64,000 bases of DNA from a virus: IMG/VR virus record IMGVR_UViG_2773857891_000002. The stretch is one strand, 5' to 3'. Within the stretch, counting starts at the first letter, position 1. Every line of letters starts with the position of its first letter. The notes beneath the pieces were generated by a model that saw only the letters and a program-made list of their open reading frames with translations, made no database searches and was not told where the DNA came from. The position numbers and the translations under genes were made by a program. Shown one piece after another: positions 1 through 7,428 of this stretch.

Positions 1-177
1 CTCTGGACCCCCATCCTCGGCGTGGATGTGACCCCGGAGCAGGTTGCCCTGTGCCTTACCCAGCTGAAAATCTCCCGCCTTGTCGGCACCCCCGGTCACA
101 CAGACTCGTGGGTGGACGCGGCCGGATACATCGCACTCGGCAGCGAAATCGCAGCACGGGGGCGTGATGAAGGTTGA
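1..177 (+). CDS. DUF6378-like protein, 3' part (complete copy at 38876-39340)
   Basis: Identical to the end of ORF 38876-39340 (...DSWVDAAGYIALG). Confidence 0.7.
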   Translation, partial: LWTPILGVDVTPEQVALCLTQLKISRLVGTPGHTDSWVDAAGYIALGSEIAARGRDEG

Positions 178-562
178 TTTCCTGATCCCACAAGCGATGA
201 TCCTCACATCGAATCAAAGACTGAATCCGCATGTGAAGGCAAAGAAAACGAAGGCCCTGAGACAACTCGCTGAGAGTGAATCTCGGGGCCTTCGTGGTCC
301 CACCCCATGCCGCGTCATCGCCTGGCTTGGGTTCCAGGACAGACGCCGACGGGACGCCCCAAATTGGTGGCCAACGATCAAAGCGCTCATTGACGGGATG
401 GTCGACGCCGGGGTGTGGGAAGACGACAACTCAACGATCATTCAAGGCCCTGACCACAGAATCCTTGACTACCGGTGCCAGAAAGGACACGTCTACGTGT
501 CCATTGAAATAGGGCCACCTGAACCTGCGCGTTCAAGTTTTCTTGAACACGCAAAAAGTTGA
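167..562 (+). CDS. RusA-like Holliday junction resolvase
   Basis: RRRDxxNxxxxxKALIDGMVDAGVWEDDN motif; ATG at 167 overlaps the upstream stop region. Confidence 0.8.
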   Translation: MKVDFLIPQAMILTSNQRLNPHVKAKKTKALRQLAESESRGLRGPTPCRVIAWLGFQDRRRRDAPNWWPTIKALIDGMVDAGVWEDDNSTIIQGPDHRILDYRCQKGHVYVSIEIGPPEPARSSFLEHAKS

Positions 563-680
563 ACACCCCTTTTCTGGGTTGATCTTGCACCCCCACTTTT
601 TGGGGGTGCTTGGCGTATCCAGAAAACCCGATCCCCGGAGCGCATCCGGAAAAACCGATACCAGATAAGGAGAACCCCCA

Positions 681-866
681 ATGACCCGCAACCGTGAATC
701 CTGGGCACACCACGCAACGCAACCCGCAGCAGTAGACACGATGCTCACCGACATCCCCCGCACCCGAAACACGCCCGAAGAACTACGCCTCGCCGCAGCG
801 TGCGTGCACCGGCACGCACCCGCCACCGCCCGCCTACAAATCCTCAAAACCCTAGGACTCTCATGA
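681..866 (+). CDS. hypothetical phage protein
   Basis: AGGAG RBS; ATGA coupling to whiB. Confidence 0.7.
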   Translation: MTRNRESWAHHATQPAAVDTMLTDIPRTRNTPEELRLAAACVHRHAPATARLQILKTLGLS

Positions 867-1228
867 CCGCCTACGACTGGCAGACAGACGCGATCTGCGC
901 ACAAACAGACCCCGAACTCTTCTTCTCACCAGACCCGAAAGAACTCCAGGCGGCAATGAATCTCTGCGGCACATGCCCCGTCATCAAACAATGCGCCGAC
1001 CTCCGCAAACAAGAAAACCACCGCTACGGCATATGGGCCGGCCAATACTACTCAGACTCCAGCACACCACGGACACCCAAAAAACGGGGTCTAACACCAT
1101 CCTTCGACCACGAATACGCCCGCGACCTCGCAGCACAAGGCATCCCCCGTAAGCAAATCGCCCAGCAACTCGGCTGCACAAAAGCGGCCCTCGACTACGC
1201 CCTGAACCCAAAAAGGAAAACGAAATGA
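863..1228 (+). CDS. whiB: WhiB-family Fe-S transcription factor with extra C-terminal HTH-like segment
   Basis: C-x(4)-DPELFF...CxxC...C and GIWAG motifs. Confidence 0.9.
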   Translation: MTAYDWQTDAICAQTDPELFFSPDPKELQAAMNLCGTCPVIKQCADLRKQENHRYGIWAGQYYSDSSTPRTPKKRGLTPSFDHEYARDLAAQGIPRKQIAQQLGCTKAALDYALNPKRKTK

Positions 1229-1476
1229 CCACCTTCCAACAAAAACACGGACGACCAAAACCACCCAAAATCTGGGGCGGCTTGGGACGCCTTCAGTACG
1301 AGATCGCCCGCCCCCACGTCCTCACGATATTCAAAGCCCGCAAATCTTCACTGTGGGCGGTCAGCTCCAAAGGCTACGAAATCCACGCCTTCGACACGCG
1401 CGCTGAAGCAATCACCTGGGCACAAAAACACGCCCACAACCGCAATGAATCAGGAGGTGAGGTAAGTGGCGCGTGA
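1225..1476 (+). CDS. hypothetical phage protein
   Basis: ATGA-coupled ORF in the early operon. Confidence 0.7.
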   Translation: MTTFQQKHGRPKPPKIWGGLGRLQYEIARPHVLTIFKARKSSLWAVSSKGYEIHAFDTRAEAITWAQKHAHNRNESGGEVSGA

Positions 1477-2422
1477 ATACGCGAAAGTGAAAGCCGGGAT
1501 CTGGCAAGACGACGACTTCCGGGCACTGCCACCCCACGCACAACACCTGTACTTCGTGATCCTCACAGACCCGAAACTCTCCTACTGCGGCGTCACCGAC
1601 TGGCGACCCAAAAGATTGCTCCCCCGGTCTGCCGGGTGGGAAATGCAAGCCTTAGAAGAAGCCGCTGCAATCCTCATGGATCGACGGTTGCTAATCATTG
1701 ACGAGGACACTGAAGAAGTACTTGTGAAATCGTTTCTCCGCCACGACGGGGTAATGGCCCACAATAAACTGTGCGTGTCCGCGATGCTGGCTTATGGAGA
1801 AGTCGCTTCAAATACTATTCGGGGCATTATTGTCCACGAATTAAATCGCCTTGCAGAAGAGTTTCCAGCGTGGCCGACGTGGGAGCGAGAGCAGGTGAAG
1901 GAGGTGCTGAAGCGGCAACCTTTGGACCCGTGGAGCGAACAGTTAGGGAACCCATTTGGGTGTGCGTTAGACCCTAACTTAGCCACCCCATTAGCCCCTA
2001 GGTTAGCCCCTAACGCCTCGAGCGGTTTGGGAGTGCCCTACAACAACAACAGCAACAGCAACATAACAACAACAACATATGGGCACGACACAGCCGCACC
2101 CAAGCGCGCACGGAAGGCACCGGCTACGCCCATCCCTGCCGGGTGGGCACCCACCGAAGCCCACGGCGTCAAGGCTCAAGAGCTAGGGGTGGATCTTCAT
2201 ACAGAGAAAGAGAAATTCATTGCACACGCACAAGCGAACGACAGGAGGCAAGTGAAATGGGATGCCGCTTTTAATCAATGGCTTATTAAGTCGGCTGAAT
2301 ACAAACAGACCCGCACGCCAAACGGTGGCGGGTTTTCTTATGCCCGGAATCCTTCACAAGACGCGATTGATCTTGCGAGGGAACTTTACGAGCGCGAAAC
2401 AAGATTGGAGATTGAATCATGA
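1466..2422 (+). CDS. Replication initiator (Rep/O-like) with DnaT-like C-terminal domain
   Basis: Lies before loader and DnaB; internal iteron-like repeats; C-terminal IPAGWAPT...KFIAH...WDAAFNQWL resembles DnaT-type domains. Confidence 0.75.
   Translation: MAREYAKVKAGIWQDDDFRALPPHAQHLYFVILTDPKLSYCGVTDWRPKRLLPRSAGWEMQALEEAAAILMDRRLLIIDEDTEEVLVKSFLRHDGVMAHNKLCVSAMLAYGEVASNTIRGIIVHELNRLAEEFPAWPTWEREQVKEVLKRQPLDPWSEQLGNPFGCALDPNLATPLAPRLAPNASSGLGVPYNNNSNSNITTTTYGHDTAAPKRARKAPATPIPAGWAPTEAHGVKAQELGVDLHTEKEKFIAHAQANDRRQVKWDAAFNQWLIKSAEYKQTRTPNGGGFSYARNPSQDAIDLARELYERETRLEIES
1966..2078. repeat. Iteron-like repeats plus (CAA)n tract; candidate replication origin
   Basis: GTTAGACCCTAAC, TTAGCCACCCCA, TTAGCCCCTAG and GTTAGCCCCTAAC at ~12 bp period, followed by CAA repeats. 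Confidence 0.6.
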
Positions 2423-2778
2423 GTGGGAAATTACCTGAGAGTGTCGTGGCAATGCTTTTCGCACGGATCGCGGCTTTGGATTCCAGGAAGACGACGATTG
2501 AGGCGGTGCAGGCGTTTGCGGCTGCACTGGTGCCGATGACGGCGGAGGACGCGGTGAAAGCGATTGACTTTCATCGGGAGACTTCCAGCGAGTGGCTGAT
2601 GCCCGTGCACATCAATCGCATCGTGAAGGCGTGGCGTGAGGAGCGTGTACGGCAGGCAGGGCAACTGATCCCACCGCCAGAGCTTGCGGACGACCCGGTC
2701 GCTGAAATCAAGTGGCGGCGTCAGATGGTGGAGGCCATCGCGGACGGGACACGCACACTGAGGGAGGTGACGGCATGA
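2419..2778 (+). CDS. Putative helicase loader/inhibitor (G39P-like)
   Basis: Position between Rep and DnaB; helical motif A..AIDFHR...WLMPVHI. Confidence 0.55.
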   Translation: MSGKLPESVVAMLFARIAALDSRKTTIEAVQAFAAALVPMTAEDAVKAIDFHRETSSEWLMPVHINRIVKAWREERVRQAGQLIPPPELADDPVAEIKWRRQMVEAIADGTRTLREVTA

Positions 2779-4058
2779 CCCTGGCAAACCCCGAAGCAGA
2801 AGCAGGCATCATCTGCGGTGTGCTGCACGGGCGGCCAGAAGAGCAAGACCGCATCCTGAAAGCCCTTACCCCCCGTGACTTTCACACCCCAGCACACGAA
2901 GACATCTGGGCAACCCTCAAAGCCATGCAGGCTGAGGGGCGTGTCATCGACGGAATCACTGTCATGTCCGGGCTGGCAAAACACGGCCACCAAAACCACC
3001 AGGCTTTGATCCCGGACATTATGACGATGGGCACCCCAGCAGTGAGCGCTTTGGCGTATGCGAAGGACGTGAAAGACCTCGCAGTGCGCCGGAACCTGCA
3101 AGCCATGGGCACTAGGGTGCAGCAACTCGCGGAAGCACCCGACGCGACCCCCGCCGAGCTCGCCGCAATCGCACAGCAAGAACTCGACGCCGCTTACACA
3201 GCGGAGGAGGAAACCAAAACACACGCACAGGATCACGTAACAGCGGTTCTCAGCGACTTAGAGGACCCAACCCCACCCCAGGGCATCCAATGGCCATATC
3301 GTGACGCACAACGGATTCTCGCGCCGATGCAAGGCGGGCAGTACATCGTGATCGGTGCTAGACCAGCCGTCGGTAAATCCGTCGCTTTGGCGGACATCGC
3401 ACGGGACGCCGCAATCCGACAAAGGAAAACCGTCGTCATCTTCTCCCTAGAAATGTCCTCACAGGAATACACCCGACGCATGATCGCAGCCGAAGCCGGT
3501 GTGCGCTTCAAAAACATGCAATCCAAAACCCTCACCCCAGCGGACTGGGACAAAATCACCCCAGCCGCAGAAAGGATCGCCCAAGCGCCACTCCACATTA
3601 TCGATGACGTGTCCTGCACAACCGCCGACATACGCTCCCGTGTCCGCGAGCTGAAAGCTGACCTGATCGTGCTCGATTACATCCAAATCGGGACTATGGA
3701 CCCCGCTGACAAAGACCGCAGACAAGCCCTCGAAAAGTATTCGCGGTCCCTGAAAATCATCGCCAAATCATTCAACATCCCACTGTGTACGGCTGCGCAA
3801 CTCAACCGAAACGCCGCCAGTCCTGACACGCCCCCGCGCATGTCAGACCTCCGCGAAACAGGGGCCCTAGAGCAAGACGCCGATGTGATCATCCTCCTCC
3901 ACCGCCCAGACCAAGAACAACCAGAATCACCCCGCGCAGGCGAAGTCGACTACATCGTCGCGAAACACAGAAACGGACCCACCGGCACCATCACCCTCGC
4001 CGCCCAGCTCCACTACACACGATTCACCAACCTCGCACACCAAGGAGAACCGAAATGA
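2775..4058 (+). CDS. dnaB: DnaB-like replicative helicase
   Basis: Walker A GARPAVGKS, FSLEM, LIVLDYIQ, AAQLNR, SDLRETGALEQDAD, IVAKHRNGPTG. Confidence 0.96.
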   Translation: MTLANPEAEAGIICGVLHGRPEEQDRILKALTPRDFHTPAHEDIWATLKAMQAEGRVIDGITVMSGLAKHGHQNHQALIPDIMTMGTPAVSALAYAKDVKDLAVRRNLQAMGTRVQQLAEAPDATPAELAAIAQQELDAAYTAEEETKTHAQDHVTAVLSDLEDPTPPQGIQWPYRDAQRILAPMQGGQYIVIGARPAVGKSVALADIARDAAIRQRKTVVIFSLEMSSQEYTRRMIAAEAGVRFKNMQSKTLTPADWDKITPAAERIAQAPLHIIDDVSCTTADIRSRVRELKADLIVLDYIQIGTMDPADKDRRQALEKYSRSLKIIAKSFNIPLCTAAQLNRNAASPDTPPRMSDLRETGALEQDADVIILLHRPDQEQPESPRAGEVDYIVAKHRNGPTGTITLAAQLHYTRFTNLAHQGEPK

Positions 4059-4258
4059 CCCGCGCTCACGTTAAGCGCCCTGTGTGGGCGTGGCACTGCG
4101 ACAGATGCGGCGTAGCAAGCGGCGACTTCGCCTACAACCAGCAGTACCTTCCAACCCCCGACGAGATGCGGGCACGCGGTTGGTACATCGCAGAAAAATG
4201 GGGCGACCTATGCGCCCACTGCTCACAAACCCCACCCATCGAAGAGCCCCCATCATGA
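4055..4258 (+). CDS. small Cys-rich hypothetical protein
   Basis: CxxC...CxxC; ATGA coupling. Confidence 0.65.
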   Translation: MTRAHVKRPVWAWHCDRCGVASGDFAYNQQYLPTPDEMRARGWYIAEKWGDLCAHCSQTPPIEEPPS

Positions 4259-4407
4259 ACAGCTTCGTCCGCATGTGTGGTATCTGCACATGGGAAACCC
4301 CACCCCAACACGCATACGACACAGCCCACTCAGCCCTCTGGGGCCACTACCACACGGCACACCCCTACACACGCACTCACGCAGGAAAACTGAGGAGAAA
4401 ACCATGA
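4255..4407 (+). CDS. small Cys/His hypothetical protein
   Basis: CGIC...HxxxH; coupled starts and stops. Confidence 0.55.
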   Translation: MNSFVRMCGICTWETPPQHAYDTAHSALWGHYHTAHPYTRTHAGKLRRKP

Positions 4408-4676
4408 CCGACCACGCACAAGAAGCCCTCCAGAGGGTACTCAACCTGCACAGGCGTTCTAGTGCAGTATTTTCGTGGCGAGACGGACCCCGCTACGAGG
4501 ACCCTTGCCCTGAATGTGACGGGAGGCCAGGTGTTCATGAGTGCGGATGTTGGGCACCCCGACAAATTGAGTACGTGTGTGCCGAATGTCACCGACTAGG
4601 CAGTGGGTCGCGGGGAATCTATGACTACACATGGCCCTGCCCAACCATCCAAGCCCTCGAAGGAGAACCCACATGA
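4404..4676 (+). CDS. Cys-rich hypothetical protein
   Basis: GAGGAG RBS; CPEC, CGC, CAEC and WPCPT motifs. Confidence 0.65.
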   Translation: MTDHAQEALQRVLNLHRRSSAVFSWRDGPRYEDPCPECDGRPGVHECGCWAPRQIEYVCAECHRLGSGSRGIYDYTWPCPTIQALEGEPT

Positions 4677-4954
4677 CCGACTACACGCCAACCACCGAGG
4701 AAGTACGCCAAGACTTCGCTTACCCATGGGAAGGCTTCAAGCAGGACAAGCAAGGACGACTCGAAGCCTTCGACCGGTGGATCAACCGGCGCGACCGGAA
4801 AGTCAAAGCGAAAGCGCTACGTGACGCCGCCGACGCCATTGAAAGATTGGCACGGGAAACAACCCACGTCCGCGTGACCGAGCACGTACTAGTAGACGTC
4901 GGCGCACCTGGTGTGCTCCGGGAATATGCCCGACTTTTCACGGAGGAATCATGA
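4673..4954 (+). CDS. hypothetical phage protein
   Basis: AAGGAG RBS; ATGA coupling. Confidence 0.7.
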   Translation: MTDYTPTTEEVRQDFAYPWEGFKQDKQGRLEAFDRWINRRDRKVKAKALRDAADAIERLARETTHVRVTEHVLVDVGAPGVLREYARLFTEES

Positions 4955-5331
4955 CCATCCCACAACGCGTCCAGCGCCGCCGCACAAAGGGGTGGCGTAT
5001 GCCAGACAACACCATCTACGTGGGACGCGGCTCAAAGTGGGGAAACCCATACACCCTCGAAATCATGCAGAAAAAGATAGATGAATTGGCCGGATTATTT
5101 GAAACGGAGTCATCTATCAGCGCCCGAGAAATGGCTGTTGAAGCGTTCCGATGCGACATGAAGTACGGGCCAGAGTCGGCTTGGTGGTGGTACGGCCCAC
5201 ACATGAAAATCTTGACTGCGCTCAAGCACTTGCACGATCTACGCGGCAAGAACCTCGCTTGCTGGTGTCCACTCGACCAGCCCTGCCATGCAGACGTTTT
5301 ACTCGAACTCGCCAACACGGAGGGATCATGA
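4951..5331 (+). CDS. DUF4326 domain protein
   Basis: RRRTKGWRMP..YVGRGSKWGNP..LRGKNLACWC..CHADVL. Confidence 0.88.
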   Translation: MTIPQRVQRRRTKGWRMPDNTIYVGRGSKWGNPYTLEIMQKKIDELAGLFETESSISAREMAVEAFRCDMKYGPESAWWWYGPHMKILTALKHLHDLRGKNLACWCPLDQPCHADVLLELANTEGS

Positions 5332-5492
5332 CTTCGACGCCAACCGGTGTGCCCATCATCCAATGCGGCACCTGCAACCGCACTCACCCCCAAGGCCGGG
5401 CACACTGCACCCAATGCGGGCAGGCAAGCCTTTTCCTCGCCCACGGGAAATGCCGCAACTGCCAACGCCACAACAACCAGGAGGACCAATGA
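5328..5492 (+). CDS. small zinc-ribbon protein
   Basis: Three CxxC pairs; GGAGGG RBS. Confidence 0.65.
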   Translation: MTSTPTGVPIIQCGTCNRTHPQGRAHCTQCGQASLFLAHGKCRNCQRHNNQEDQ

Positions 5493-5692
5493 CCACACCA
5501 CGCGAACAACTCGCCAAACTGATCTTCTTTCACGACAACTGCGACACCCCGAGGGAAAACCTTGAAACAGACTGGAGAAACAACCCGCCAGTCACCGACT
5601 ACACATGGCCCATCGCCGACGCAATCATCGCCGCCGGCTGGCAACCACCACCCACTAGACCCAGCCAAACAATCCCATACCTCGACAACTAA
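5489..5692 (+). CDS. hypothetical phage protein
   Basis: GGAGG RBS; ATGA coupling. Confidence 0.65.
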   Translation: MTTPREQLAKLIFFHDNCDTPRENLETDWRNNPPVTDYTWPIADAIIAAGWQPPPTRPSQTIPYLDN

Positions 5693-5717
5693 ACCCGCCC
5701 CACACGGCGGGTTTTTC
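5691..5717 (+). terminator. Intrinsic terminator
   Basis: AAACCCGCC-ccacac-GGCGGGTTT followed by T-run. Confidence 0.75.
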
Positions 5718-5743
5718 ACACCCAAAACCAGAAAGGCAAAGCC

Positions 5744-6271
5744 ATGACCGCTGAACTTCAAGCCATGTGGCAAACCATCTCAGACGCTTACCCCTACGTG
5801 CGCGCCACCCTAGAAAAAGGCACCCGACCATCCGACGGAATGCCCGGCGCGAAACCAGACCCCCGCAAAACACCCTGCAACCTCGCCGCCCTCTCATGGC
5901 TCGAACAATGTGACAGGCTCGCAATCGCATGGGCAGAAGACAGGGAATCACCAGCAGCAGCCCGCAAATGGCTCAGCACCCACACACCCGACCTCGACCC
6001 AGACGCCCTCCTCGACTACCAAACCGAAACACACACCATCCACAACGGCGCACTCCAACACCTACCAGCACACGAAAAAACCCGCGCACTCACCCAAGAA
6101 CAAATAGCCGGAGTGTATTGCGCCACCATCCAAGAAACCCGTCTCGCCCTCGCAGCGCTCGGCCACCAAGTGCCACTGGACACAATCAAAACCTGGTCCA
6201 AGCGCGGACACCTCACCAAAACCCAAGCAGGATACCCACTCGCCCAAGCCCTAGAAAGGATCACCAAATGA
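5744..6271 (+). CDS. Putative late-gene transcription regulator (C-terminal HTH-like)
   Basis: Last large early gene before the HNH/packaging module; C-terminal VPLDTIKTWSKRGHL resembles an HTH. Confidence 0.5.
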   Translation: MTAELQAMWQTISDAYPYVRATLEKGTRPSDGMPGAKPDPRKTPCNLAALSWLEQCDRLAIAWAEDRESPAAARKWLSTHTPDLDPDALLDYQTETHTIHNGALQHLPAHEKTRALTQEQIAGVYCATIQETRLALAALGHQVPLDTIKTWSKRGHLTKTQAGYPLAQALERITK

Positions 6272-6450
6272 CGCTCGCGCTCGCACTAACCGGAGTAGTG
6301 TTTCTCGCCCTCGCAATCATCATGAGTATTCTCGCGGAAGAATCAAGCCGCTGGAATACCACCAAGATCTACGCGCGAATCGGATACATCGCCCTCGCAC
6401 TATCCACAACAGCCTTCCTCACATCCATCTGGACACACGCCCTCACATAG
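6268..6450 (+). CDS. small membrane protein (2 TM)
   Basis: Two hydrophobic stretches; ATGA coupling. Confidence 0.7.
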   Translation: MTLALALTGVVFLALAIIMSILAEESSRWNTTKIYARIGYIALALSTTAFLTSIWTHALT

Positions 6451-6462
6451 TTTGCGTTGCAC

Positions 6463-6491
6463 TAGACAAACACCGCATGAACCCTTACCTT
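6463..6491 (+). promoter_or_regulatory. Candidate late promoter
   Basis: TAGACA-17 bp-TACCTT. Confidence 0.55.
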
Positions 6492-6533
6492 TGTCATAGT
6501 GGCAGTTTCATACACTGAAGCCACCACACGCCA

Positions 6534-6556
6534 GCCGCCACTGAGCGGCATTTTTT
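6534..6556 (+). terminator. Intrinsic terminator in the late leader
   Basis: GCCGC-cactga-GCGGC-a-T6. Confidence 0.55.
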
Positions 6557-6735
6557 ATGCCCAAACACAGGGCAAGCCCAGACCATCAGACGGCACCCGG
6601 GAGCAAGACCCGGCTGGGCACCACACACACGCAGCCCACCACACGGGCACACACACTTCCCTCACCCGCCACAAACAATCGCGCGGAAACGCACGGCGCA
6701 GAGTGAGGGAGCACAACACACCGGAGGGGGGAACA

Positions 6736-7053
6736 ATGACCACCTCCCGCACAGGCACCACCCGATGGAAAAAACTCCGCCAACAAGCCATCCACCAAGC
6801 AAAACAAAACAACCAGACCCGGTGCCCAATCTGCAACACCCCCCTCAACTACAACACCCCCCTCCACCCAAAATCACCGGAGGCCGACCACATCACCCCC
6901 CACACCCACGGCGGACAAGACACACTCGAAAACATCCGCATCATCTGCAGACAATGCAACCAAAAACTCGGCGGGAAACTCGCCACCAAAACAAAAAACA
7001 AACACCAACACACCGCCAAACCCAAAACACCACACACAAAAATCAACTGGTAA
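6736..7053 (+). CDS. HNH endonuclease (cos-terminase associated)
   Basis: CPIC...EADHITP...GG...ENIRIICRQCN; GGAGG RBS; lies just before the terminase genes. Confidence 0.92.
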   Translation: MTTSRTGTTRWKKLRQQAIHQAKQNNQTRCPICNTPLNYNTPLHPKSPEADHITPHTHGGQDTLENIRIICRQCNQKLGGKLATKTKNKHQHTAKPKTPHTKINW

Positions 7054-7129
7054 CACCACCAACCAGCACAAACAAACCACAAACAAAACCAGGCAGGGGC
7101 CACCCCCTCCCCCCACCCACACTTCGCAC

Positions 7130-7155
7130 CCCGGAGGCTTAGCGAGATACCCCCC
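7130..7155 (+). other. Predicted 3'-overhang cos site (approx. CCCGGAGGCTT | AGCGAGATAC)
   Basis: Between HNH and TerS; resembles Cutibacterium phage ends as I recall them (..CGGCTT | AGTGAAATACCTCCC); abrupt AC-to-GT composition switch. Confidence 0.6.
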
Positions 7156-7209
7156 GCGCTGGTTTTTGTTGCGCCGGGGTGGGGTGGGCTTGTGATTATG
7201 GAGGGTTTT

Positions 7210-7428
7210 ATGGGGCGAATTGATGAATTAAGGGAAGCGAAAGCGCTGGCTTGGGAGTCGATTCTTGCGGTCGACGAGGACAAGCGCGCACCGCTTTTCA
7301 ATCAATGGCGTGCACTGTCGGCGGAGATCGCCGCTTTAGAAGCTGAGGAAGAACCTACAGGGAAGGGATCGGTGCTCGATGAGCTCAAAAAGCGCCGTGA
7401 ACTTAGGGGTGCAAGAACCGCGAATTAG
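7210..7428 (+). CDS. terS: Terminase small subunit
   Basis: Short helical ORF ending SVLDELKKRR, overlapping the TerL start. Confidence 0.8.
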   Translation: MGRIDELREAKALAWESILAVDEDKRAPLFNQWRALSAEIAALEAEEEPTGKGSVLDELKKRRELRGARTAN

